Source of the DNA: Glycera tridactyla
Taxonomy: Eukaryota
Direction: 5' to 3'
Assembly (NCBI GenBank): GCA_965644265.1
Contig: OZ286463.1
Coordinates: 109,492,001-109,556,000, forward strand
Length of the DNA stretch: 64,000 nt
Shown here: positions 1 through 10,965 of the stretch, piece after piece
Layout of the letters: each line of letters begins with the position of its first letter
Position numbering within the stretch: the stretch's first letter is position 1
Made by a program: the position numbers and the translations under genes
Notes under the pieces: generated by a model
The model's database searches: none
What the model was told of the DNA's origin: nothing
Seen by the model: only the letters and a program-made list of their open reading frames with translations

Positions 1-250
1 CGATCCCCGGGGACGCGCGAGTGGCCGGCATTCTTTATAAATCCACCCCATGCCTCACCCTTCCCTCACCTTTCAAGATTGTAGGTGCGATATTAACCGA
101 GTTAGGCCTCAGTGAAAAACTTGTACTCAAAACTTTAACCAAAAAGTTTACGTTCTACGAAGTGATGGACGGACAGACGCAACCAAATAGACAGACCACC
201 TGCATCATTACATAGACTTGCATTTTGCTTCGCATGCAAGCCAAAAACTT
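1..250 (+). mobile_element. Possible 3' part of a non-autonomous Helentron-associated (HINE-like) interspersed repeat
   Basis: GGACGGACAGAC tract (~167-195), then a subterminal hairpin CTTGCAT-tttgcttcgc-ATGCAAG and an A-run. This layout resembles common marine-invertebrate HINE-type repeats. The 5' end is not in the window. Confidence 0.35.
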
Positions 251-574
251 CGACTCCATTCAAAGAGGGCAAATCCAACCTCTGTCCTCCCACCTGCCCA
301 AGTAGGTAGATTGATTCTAGATTCACCTGCCCTGGAGACGGGTGGAAAATGGTAAGTGCAATGAACATATATAAAGGGGCAGGTTAAATTTTGAAGGGGA
401 CAGGTAAGATCTGCAATATACCTACCAGGGTTCGTACAGGCCCGGCCAATTCAAATTTAGGGCGTTTTCAGGGCGCTTTTAAGGCACAGACTGCATTTTT
501 AGGGCACCTTAAAACTTTCGAATCTGGCAATTAAAGTGTTTTGACAACGATCGTACCAGCATCGTTCGAGGGTG

Positions 575-803
575 CGTGTTGGTTCCAATTTTATCCGTCG
601 CAATCCGATTGGCGCTGATCGATATTCGCGACATTGACTAACGTGAAACCGCCATCTCTCGCATTTTCGAAAAACTCGAAGAACACGTGGTCACGTGACT
701 TTCGTGTTGGTTCCAATTTTATCCGCTGCAATCCGATTGGCGCTGAACGATATTCGCGACATTGACTAACGTGAAACCGCCATCTCTCGCTTTTTCGAAG
801 AAC
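575..803 (+). repeat. 128-bp tandem duplication inside the outer transposon
   Basis: CGTGTTGGTTCCAATTTTATCCG...GAAACCGCCATCTCTCGC starts at 575 and again at 703, with a few substitutions. Confidence 0.9.
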
Positions 804-1216
804 TGAGCATCTTGGTTCTTCCTGTATATGGGTCGTTCTATTATTTCGCAGGTATTTACGTCCGGGCACTGCGCTGCTGCCATTCTGTGTATCTGATTCA
901 ATTTTTTTTTTGAGAATGGTACTAATAATATAGAACTTTTCGTACAAAGTACCAGATATTGTATTTTTCCAATATTTACCCTGAAAAAATAGTGGCTGAT
1001 GATCAAAATCATCAAATTTCCTCCGTCCCACATGTGCATGGAGCACACATTCTGACTATTTCAATTATGAAATAGTCAAATTTTCCAGATTTTTCTGTGT
1101 TCATATGTTGTATTCCAAAGTCTAGTATTTGAGATGAACTCTAATTTGTGCCTGCAGCTCATATTTTTTGTAGCAGATGCATTTTTATTGGCGTCCCACA
1201 CTTTTCAAATCTGGAT

Positions 1217-1641
1217 GTCACAACCGTAACACTGGAACCCTTGAACCAGAATAATGGAGGATCCCTTCTTCTGTCCAGAATTCCACCTCCATCAGTGGAG
1301 AGCACTTCCTCTTTGGATTGTTCTTCTGCTGAGCAGAAGCACACTGCATGCCACTTGCCATCAAAATTGAGAATTTTGGTAAGTCACCGGGTTGGGTTAT
1401 AAATAATTTATGTCACAACTGTTACGGGATTATAAGTTGCTTAGAATCTGGCCATGTCCCAAACAAGAATACCAAAATTTATCTCTTTTGATGCAGATTC
1501 ATCTGAATGTTTTGTTTTGATCTTGGAGGGAGCATCAATTAATTTTTGGGTGGTTTTCCACATGGAATGTCACAACCGTAACAGTCACAACCGTAACAGG
1601 CCTTTTTGTTACGGCTGTGACACACCTGTTACGGTTGTGAC
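1217..1641. repeat. Left cluster of the 14-bp motif GTCACAACCGTAAC in both orientations (putative transposase-binding sites)
   Basis: Copies at 1217, 1569 and 1584 (forward), 1608 and 1628 (reverse), partial at 1412. Confidence 0.75.
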
Positions 1642-1720
1642 AAATTTCTGTTCAGGAGCATTCAACAAGCAGCTATCATTTATTCATTAGTGATAACTGC
1701 AGGATATTCCTCTTGAAAGT

Positions 1721-4375
1721 ATGAAACAGAGCTTCATGATTTTGGCTTTCACAAAGCAGTCTGGAATTTTTTGGAAGCTGGGCATGGGAATTGGCAGTGC
1801 CTTGAAGCGTAGAGCTGACCAAGCTGTACTTCATGGAGCTGACATCATGTCTACTAGAGATTTTCTACGTGTGGCCCGTGGTAGTAATGTTGATTTGTTT
1901 GAGGTATCACATGAAAAAGTCATGCAAAGCCATGAAATGATAGAAATGCAGCAGCTAAATACAGTTCCTGGAACACTGAGATTACATCAGATATTCTCTA
2001 TGCCTGATGAACCAGCTACAATTCACTATAGGGATGTCAGCTGCACTTGTCTTCCACGGGATACCTGTGATGGGCATGAAGTACAGCAGGCTAAGTTGAC
2101 AGTGCCTGGGAATTCCTGTGAAAAGTTGACAATCAGATCAGATCCCTCGGTCATTGCCATGAACTCGGGAGATAAAAGTTCAATCTCTGCTTCTAAATCT
2201 CATCCGGATGCATGCAATGGGCATGGTACAGTGCATCCTTGTTCAGCAGACCCTGGAATTTCCTGTGATGACTTGTCATTTTCAAATACTTCATTAGCTG
2301 AGAATACGAACTCCAGACACAAAATTTCAAGTGTTGTGCATGGTTTTCCACAGACCTCAAACAATGTATCACCTGATGAAATCCCACTACCCACTGTACA
2401 ATTTGATGACGATCTGTTGAAAATCCAAGCCTGTAGTACCTATGAGCAGCTACAACACACCTGTCAAACATTGGGCAGAAATATAGATCCTCTTTATGTG
2501 AACCCTGAAGATATTTTTACTTCCCCTGACAGATCTGAAGTTGATGTAGATGCTCAGAGACTGTACCCAGATGATGTCCCAGTGGCATGTGTACTTGTTC
2601 CCTGTAGATCATTAGCTGATGGAAACTGTCTCCCCTCATGTGGAAGTCGCTTTGCATTCAAAACATGTGAGAGGACAACTGAGATTAGAGTACGTTGGAT
2701 AGTTGAATCAGTCAACAATGAGGGTTGGTATTTGTCTCATGACAGTCTGGCCAGTGGCTTAACCCCAGGTCATCAGCCAAAAAACCTTCCAGCTATTTAT
2801 GCCCAGTATTCTCCGGTATTTATACCTGGAACAAGGTTGAGCTCCCATGCCATCAGGGATATCTATCGGGGAGAAATTATGCAAATCAGGAGAGACAGGG
2901 AGTACATGGGCATCTGGCAACTCCATGCAATGTCCAGTGTTCTTAACTGCCCTGTGCAATGTGTCTACCTAAAGAAGGGGAATCCAAATGTCAGGAAAGA
3001 CTTCCACCGACTATTATTGCCTCGTGATAACTCAAGCCTCATGTCGTCATTCCCTGCTCATATCATGTGGACGAGTACTAGGGCCGACATGGTAGACAGG
3101 TACTGGTTACCAAATGGTACAGTGCATCCTTGTTCAGCAGACCCTGGAATTTCCTGTGATGACTTGTCATTTTCAAATACTTCATTAGCTGAGAATACGA
3201 ACTCCAGACACAAAATTTCAAGTGTTGTGCATGGTTTTCCACAGACCTCAAACAATGTATCACCTGATGAAATCCCACTACCCACTGTACAATTTGATGA
3301 CGATCTGTTGAAAATCCAAGCCTGTAGTACCTATGAGCAGCTACAACACACCTGTCAAACATTGGGCAGAAATATAGATCCTCTTTATGTGAACCCTGAA
3401 GATATTTTTACTTCCCCTGACAGATCTGAAGTTGATGTAGATGCTCAGAGACTGTACCCAGATGATGTCCCAGTGGCATGTGTACTTGTTCCCTGTAGAT
3501 CATTAGCTGATGGAAACTGTCTCCCCTCATGTGGAAGTCGCTTTGCATTCAAAACATGTGAGAGGACAACTGAGATTAGAGTACGTTGGATAGTTGAATC
3601 AGTCAACAATGAGGGTTGGTATTTGTCTCATGACAGTCTGGCCAGTGGCTTAACCCCAGGTCATCAGCCAAAAAACCTTCCAGCTATTTATGCCCAGTAT
3701 TCTCCGGTATTTATACCTGGAACAAGGTTGAGCTCCCATGCCATCAGGGATATCTATCGGGGAGAAATTATGCAAATCAGGAGAGACAGGGAGTACATGG
3801 GCATCTGGCAACTCCATGCAATGTCCAGTGTTCTTAACTGCCCTGTGCAATGTGTCTACCTAAAGAAGGGGAATCCAAATGTCAGGAAAGACTTCCACCG
3901 ACTATTATTGCCTCGTGATAACTCAAGCCTCATGTCGTCATTCCCTGCTCATATCATGTGGACGAGTACTAGGGCCGACATGGTAGACAGGTACTGGTTA
4001 CCAAATCATTTTGTGCCAGTGCTACCTTTTGTAGAACATTCAGGTACCCCCAGTATCATTCAGCATTCATCCACTGATCAGCAGGTGGATGATGCCTCCG
4101 AAATGCTGGGTAGATATGTGGTTGTGCTTTACCGTGGAAGTCACTACCCAGGACTGGTGCTAGATGTCGACAGGCATGAGGTTTACATTGACTGTATGCA
4201 CAGAATAGGGGGCAGATTGAATAACTGTTTCTATTGGCCACAGAAAATCAAGGACCGAAATTGGTACAGCATTGAGCAAGTACATATGATCTCTCCGCCA
4301 ATGCAGAGTGCCAACACCAAGAGGTATTTCTACTTGGACAAAGATGCCATGAATTTTGTCAATTCCCACCAGTAA
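1721..4375 (+). pseudogene. Transposase C-terminal remnant fused to a vertnin-type OTU-like cysteine-protease domain (duplicated) and a Tudor/KOW-like C-terminal module
   Basis: The N-terminal GIGSALKRRADQAVLHGADI...VPGTLRLHQI...YRDVSCTC resembles a transposase tail. An alternative frame upstream reads GFHKAVWNFLEAGHG, so a small deletion appears to remove the expected KGxxD. OTU-like motifs: LADGNCLP (2618, 3509), YMGIWQLHAMSSVL, WLPNHFVPVL (His codon 4007-4009). C-terminus GRYVVVLY..YPGLV..CFYWP..D..WY. Confidence 0.7.
2223..4006 (+). repeat. In-frame 891-bp (297-codon) tandem duplication, apparently identical
   Basis: 2223-3113 is repeated at 3114-4004, with a 2-bp AT microhomology at the junction. 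The two translated blocks (GTVHPCSADP...DRYWLPN) are identical. Confidence 0.95.
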
Positions 4376-5758
4376 GCAGAAAACATGCACCTGAATGAGT
4401 TGGGCAACAGAGACTTGATTTTCTGTTGCCAATAGAAACTGTTATTCAATCATATTAGCAAATAGAAATAATAAAGCAAGTAAAAACCAGGAGATAATTC
4501 ATTGAATAGGTTCTCCAAAATGTAGAATTAATGACATTTTTTATTCCAAATCAATTTCTATTGCATTTTTCACCCAAACATATGAAATTAGGAAAATGTT
4601 CATCTACATCGAACCACTTATGTGACATCTGAAATGAAACTAACCTTAGCAAATGAAGATTTTCCTTAGCATTTGTCTCCGCTGATTAGCTATAGTGAAA
4701 ACATTAATCTGTGCAGAGAACCCTGAACAAATTGATGTGACATAACAGTCTCACATGTGCCAAGATAAGAGAAAAGTTTGTTATTGTGTAAAAAAAAACA
4801 TATGGACAATTGATGTATGCTTTATATTTCCTGATGTTCCTTTTGAACTACTGTACAGTTCTCTGCTTCAATTTCTCATGTCTCTCATCTAAAGAGTGCA
4901 AAATATTACCTGAGAGGAGTACACCTTTTTACATCCAACTGCATGGTTTTTTTTCTTGGGTTTTTTTTTGGGGGGGGGGGTCATCAATCAATGCACATTG
5001 CTTCAGGCCCCATGTGGCCGATGAGCTAGAAATAATTTAGGCCACATAAAAAACAATCCAATCACTTATCTCTATGACTGAATTTTATGTTTTTCAATCA
5101 TTCCTTTCAAGACAAAACCAAATCCACTTAACCATTACTATTTGTTCTTTGTTTTTGCTCACTGTTTAACTTGAGTGATGTGTCTAGCTGAATCATGCCT
5201 TTTAGCCCACTGATTAGCCCAAGTTATTCTTGTAGCATGGAATCTCTGTAGCTGAAGCTGGCACCAATGCCCATTTAAGTTTGATATGATTGATTCATGA
5301 TTTAGATTACATGTGATTATAACAGATGAAAAGTTGCATTTGGATTCAAGATCTGGGGAGTTCTGTTGGCACTACATTTTAGTGAGACCCATATTCCGTG
5401 TTCTGTGTTGACCAGTATACAGTTCATACTGGCATATGGCAAAGCAACATTTTGAGCAGATACCTCCAATCTTTATATCTTACTGAGAGGTCTTTCTCAG
5501 TCACTTGAGTGGGGCATATCTGTGAAGTTGTCTCGTGATTTGTGTGATAAGGTTGTCCATTAATATAGATCAAGCAGAATTGCTTGATTTTGCTTGCTCA
5601 TAAATCATATAAATAAGCTGACTTCAAAATTACCCCAGAAAGGTATGATTTGTTCTCTGATGTCAATTTCCAAATAGTCACCCAGCATGATGGTGTTGTT
5701 GATGAAACCCACCTGAATTTCAGCAAAGATGCTGACCCGATATCTGTTTTCATTATTT

Positions 5759-6164
5759 GTCACAACCGTAACAAAACCCTGTCACAACCGTAACTATACT
5801 GTCACAGCCGTAACATGACCCAAAATCTATATTGCAGGAAAAGTGTGTTAAATTCCAAATCCAATTTTTAGGGTGTGATCAAGTTCTTGAGTGCCTTATT
5901 TCAGAAAGTAGTGTGGTGAATCTCCGAACATGGACAGTGAGAGACAAGTCGAAAAGGAAGCACATAAATGCTTGATAGTTTTTGTTGTCCGACAGATTTT
6001 ATGCGTTTGACACCCTCCTATTCACATATGCCCCACTCATTTATCTCATTTTGACCATTTTCAGGTGGATCTTCAAATGATTGATTTAGATGTGCAAAGA
6101 AAAAATTGAAAATATTTATTTGTACCATTCTTACAAATATGTTTCATATTGTTACGGTTGTGAC
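5759..6164. repeat. Right cluster of the same GTCACAACCGTAAC motif
   Basis: Copies at 5759, ~5781 and 5801 (forward) and 6151 (reverse). Confidence 0.75.
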
Positions 6165-8209
6165 AATCTGAGTGCATGGGAACACGACTCAACAATATGT
6201 AAGGAGCTGCAAACATGGCTGTGTGCAATGTTAAGCTTGCATTTTTTTTAAATGACTAATTTAGAATATGTATATTGAATCTGCTGAATAAAAAAATGTT
6301 CCGAGAACTTAGAATTTTTGTCATGATGCAATCCAAAATACCTGCGAAATTTTAGAATGACCCATATACACGCGACTATCACCCGGACCGGCGCCACGAG
6401 GGAATAAATGCAATTAGCAATGGATAAACAGACTCGGATTTCGCCTTTGTCTTCGCGAAAAACCGTTGAGGATTAAATTTAACCCCCGCCGTGCTTGTTT
6501 ATCGCTGTTTCCTGCCGCCAAGATCGTTTTTAGGGCACTTCTAACCGAATTTAGGGCGTTTTCAGGGCAATTTTAGGGCACATGTCAATTTAGGGCGTTT
6601 TCAGGGCAGAAGGTCGAATTTAGGGCATTTTAAGGGCCTGTGCGAACCCTGACCTACCCTCTGGACAGGTGGATATTTTACGAGAATGGCAAGAGTGACT
6701 ACAGTGAAGGAATACCACCATCCCTGTGGCTATCCTCATCAAATGGAAGCACCATACAGGGCATGACGAGATGGCATTCCATCTGCCGTGAACAGGTATA
6801 ATTCCACTGTGGGCAAGTTTATTTAAAAATCTACCTGCTCTATGGACAGGCAGAAATTGATATTAAAGGCAATGAACAAATAATAGGGGCATGGTGAATC
6901 TTGAAGGGGACAGGGAGATCTAACAAGTACCTGCCCACTGGGCAGATGGATATTTTTCATAGTGATACACAGGGGAGTGCAGAATGATCACATTATAGGC
7001 ACTTGCAAAAATAAAACATAGGATTGTGAACCCTGCTAAGCATGGGACTTCAAGAGGTGGGGCAAATTCTTAGCGATGTATAAACTCGATACTAACCTGG
7101 AACATTCGTCTGAACTGTGGAGGCGCTAAGTGGAGCAGACATGATTTTCCACGACATCCTACCATCATCATTCACTTCCTCCCACCAACATACTCTTCAA
7201 TGAGACTTGAATCTTGAATCAAAATAACAAGTGCGAATGAAGGTCCAATTTCCATTGTTAGCTGATGATTGGCTGATAAGAACATAAATATTTAGCACCC
7301 TGGTCAGATTTCTCAGCTAAAATCTGGCATTCAATCTAGTTAGAGAGACTAAAATTTTCTCCATGCCGCATGTGCCAAACTGCCATGTCAAGACACCATG
7401 ACTGGTACCACCAGCCACACCCGTACCCATGTGACATGCTGACTCATTATCCATTTAAGAAACCTATGGTTTAAGGACCGCTCACAAAAAGCAGCCGACC
7501 CATTTACCACAGATCACCACTAGGTGGCACCATGGATGTATATCACAGGGATGAGAAGCGGGCATAGCGGTAGCTCACGACAAGTGGGATCGCCGTGTGT
7601 GTACAGGTGCAGCTGCCCCCGACCATTATTTGAGTCAATATTTAGCACAAAATGTTGAAAAGATGCAGATTTTTGCAGGGCATCATCCCATCAAAAATTT
7701 AGATAGAAACTAGCTATCATCTTTCACAATATTCTACAAGAAGTGATTGTTTTTTAATAGCCTCTAGCAGGGGTTTTCAGCAGCCATCTTAATGTTAGTC
7801 CATTGTGAGCACAAAATGTGACTGATCACACCAATCATTTGGTTATTTTCTCTACAATATTCTACAGGGAGTTAAATCACGATTGAAAGCACCAATTAAT
7901 TGCTTATTGTGGTGGTGATTGTGCATTTGGTGATCAGGGATGTGATTGGCTCACAAACAAAAACACTGAAAACCGGACCGGGAGCACTTGCACTGAGATT
8001 TTGTGGATCAACAAACCAAAACAACTGGTGACTGAAGGCTACCAGAACTCCATACAAACATTGTGCTCTATCTCCACTAATACTGGCCCGACTTTCATGA
8101 TCTAAAAGCCAAAATACTCAGCAGAAAATGCTCCTCGCTGTCATGTACATGGCCTGCTGATTGCTGAAAAAACACGGAAATCTGCGGATCCGCAGAAGAA
8201 TCACATCCC

Positions 8210-9560
8210 TAGGTGATGTTGCTGGTGGTGTTGATGGTGCTGATGTAAGCGGTGGTGGTGGTGGTGCTGCTGCTGCTGCTGGCAGTGGTGGTGGTGGTGG
8301 TGGTGGTGGTTTGGCATCAGTGGTAGTGGTTCCGCAACCTCAACCACACCCGACTATCACAAGCACAACCAACACCAGCACAACCACCACCATCACCACC
8401 AACACCTGCACTACCACAACCAGTGGCAGGACCAGCACCAGCACTACCATCAACACCAGCAGCACTACCATCAGCACCACCACCACCTTCACTACCACTA
8501 CCAGTGTCAAGACCAGCACCAGCACCATCACTACCACCAGTACCAGCGCACCACAAACAGTGACATCACCATCAGCATCAGTGGTTGATCCAGTACCAGC
8601 ACTACCATCAGTATCATCACCGCCAGCACCACCAGCACCGAAAGTGGCACCCCAACCACCACCGCCAGCATTACCACCAAACACCACCACCGCCAGCACT
8701 ACCACCAACCAACCTATCTCCATTGATCAATCTGTCAATCAATCAATCCATATATAAAATCAGCAGGACCACCACTACACCACCAATCAACCAACCAACC
8801 AATCTCCATCAATGAATCAATCATCAATCCATTCATCAAATCATCAATTGATCGATCAATCTGTCAATAATTCCATCAATCCATCGATCCTTCTATTTGA
8901 CTATCCATACTTCAATGATCAATGAATGAATCAATTCATTCTTCCACCAATCAATCCTTCCATCCATAGATCAATCCATCATCAATTTATCAATCCATCA
9001 TCCATCCATCAATTTATCAATCAATCAATCAAGCAAGCAATGAATCCATTTATCAATCTTTTGATCAACCCATCAATCAATAAATCAATCCATCCAGCCA
9101 TCTATCACTACATCATCCATCCATCCATCCATCCACCCATCCATCCATCCATCCATCCATCCATCCATCCATTCATCCATCCATCCATCCATCCATCCAT
9201 CGGTCAATACAGCTATTGATATGTCGATCAGTCAATCAATTAATCCATCTCTAAAACAAAACATTCATTTATAAATCAATACATTGATCCATTAATCAAT
9301 CAACCTATTCATCCATCTGTCAATCAATCAATCCATCTAATGATTAATCAATCAGTCCATTGTTCAATCGACCCATCCATCGATCAATCATTCCAGTCAT
9401 CAAGCGATCAATCACTCCGTTGATCAAACTTTTGATCAATCCATCCATCAATGAATCAATCATTTCACCCATCCATCTATCGATCTATCACATTATCCAT
9501 CAATCAATCAATCAATCCATCAATCGATCCATCGATTGATGCATCAATCATAGACCAAGC
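8210..9560. repeat. Compound low-complexity tract: (GGT)n/(GCT)n, (ACC/AGC)n, then (ATCA/ATCC)n
   Basis: Directly visible simple repeats; near-pure (CATC)n at ~9110-9200. Confidence 0.95.
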
Positions 9561-9679
9561 TGTTCGTCTCCCCTCTGTCGATTTGGTGATAGTACCCTGG
9601 CATCGCCCCCGCCAATATCAATCATTTCTGCAGTCATGTATTTATCATTCAATCTGGCACCATCAATCAATGGTATCAG

Positions 9680-10765
9680 GACGACCGACCAACTCGCCAA
9701 CCGACCGCCGCTTTTTGCTGGTCAACCGACCGACCTTATTTCCTTTAGATTGACAGTTACCAAACACGTTAGTCAACTTTGATGCTGGATATTTCAGCAA
9801 CCGCTTGACATACAATGAAGGCGAACATGTGATTGTAAAGAACACAACTGGAAGATTACCCGATCTAAGTTTCATAATCTTTCAATGTGTTTATCACTTC
9901 CAAATACGAGTGCGAATATACAATTTCACGGCAAACTTTCGCCATTGCGGCAGCGATCTCCCAGTGATGAATTCCCACACAGAACGCTAACGTTTGCCAT
10001 ATTTATAACACAAAATGAGTGCGAACGATCGTTTTCTGACATGTTATGATGGTTACTGGTGAAAGTTGATGTATTTGTTACGCGCCATCGACGGATCTGC
10101 GCGATCGGCCGATAGCGCTGCACCAACGACCGACCGTTTGTTGGCGCAGGAATCGGTCGATGGCGCTGCGCTGATGACGGCCGTGGGGGAGGTGGCACGC
10201 ACTCAGCAATGCTCAATGGCAAAAGTTTGCCATGAATCGTAACTTTGAACTCATATTTGGAGGGGATAAACACATTAAAAAATTATGAAACTTCGCTCAA
10301 ATACTCTTATGACTCATGTGATTGAAACTCCATATTCACTTTTGATGTATATCAAGCGGTTGCTGAAATATTCAGTATCAAAGTGAGAGATTGGCGAGTG
10401 AAAAAACAAGATGGCGGCCATTGTTTACATCCGATATCGCCGACATTCGGCCACGATATAACCATATAGATACGTTGAAATCCAGATGTAGTACACACAA
10501 TCGATGGGGAATTTTGTTTTTTTCATACACCAATGAATATTTCGACTGAAATCTGTCAATTGGCTTGCCATCCATCGATTGTTGCGCGATCGATCGATCT
10601 CGGCGCCAACGAACGATCGATCGTTGGCGCAGCGCCATCGGCCGATGGCGCCGATCGGCCAATGGCGCGTAACATATTCATGGCTGTATATTGACCAGGC
10701 TTCGGCGTTGAGTGGCCGTCGGTTGACCAAAGAAAAGCGGCGGTCGGTTGGCGAGTCGGTCGGTT
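9680..10765. repeat. CpG-rich region with three pairs of inverted repeats (foldback/MITE-like)
   Basis: A 9680-9735 pairs with A' 10715-10765. B 9775-9950 pairs with B' 10200-10385. C 10065-10170 pairs with C' 10585-10680. No TSD identified. Confidence 0.75.
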
Positions 10766-10779
10766 GACATGTAATCCAA

Positions 10780-10965
10780 TCAATCATCATCAACATCAGA
10801 AGAAGAATAAGAAGAAGAAGAGGAGGAGGAGGAGGAGGAGGGAGGAGGGTCCCAAGAGGGAAGAGAAGGGGCTGAGGAGCTGCCTCAGCTGGGGCATGGG
10901 CAGGAGCAGCAACAGGAGGAGTGGTAATCAGGAGCAGGGGCAGGAGCAGCAGCAGGAGGGGGTGT
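10780..10965. repeat. (AAG)n/(AGG)n/(AGC)n purine-rich low-complexity tract
   Basis: Directly visible simple repeats. Confidence 0.9.

Larger units (their letters stand above)
830..6363 (+). mobile_element. Sola2-like DNA transposon, defective, nested in the 426-6651 element
   Basis: 28-bp TIR GGGTCGTTCTATTATTTCGCAGGTATTT (830-857) vs AAATACCTGCGAAATTTTAGAATGACCC (6336-6363), 3 mismatches. 4-bp TSD ATAT at 826-829 and 6364-6367. GGG termini with a 4-bp TSD fit Sola2. Transposase motif relic WNFLEAGHG//GIGSALKRRAD at ~1760-1820. The element itself is well supported; the superfamily call rests on recalled motifs. Confidence 0.7.
426..6651. mobile_element. Non-autonomous DNA transposon (about 690 bp without the nested insert), CAGGG termini, 6-bp TSD; superfamily uncertain, hAT-like ends
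   Basis: TIR CAGGGTTCGTACAGGCCC (426-443) vs GGGCCTGTGCGAACCCTG (6634-6651), 1 mismatch. TSD ACCTAC at 420-425 and 6652-6657. Subterminal TTTAGGGC/TTCAGGGC repeats at both ends. Confidence 0.85.

Noticed and set aside
5160-5760. Possible second, antisense gene in the Sola2-like element
   Set aside because: Short readable stretches (e.g. NENRYRVSIFAEIQVGFINNTIMLGDYLEIDIREQ) but many stops and no recognisable motif.
456-6633. TTTAGGG as plant-type telomeric repeats
   Set aside because: The copies are dispersed TTTAGGGC motifs inside transposon ends, not a tandem telomeric array.
8161-8757. 198-aa Gly/Thr/Pro-rich ORF and the overlapping antisense ORFs
   Set aside because: By-products of trinucleotide microsatellites; TTG start and no domain motifs.
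8926-9753. His/Pro/Ser/Ile-rich ORFs
   Set aside because: Translations of (ATCC/ATCA)n repeats.
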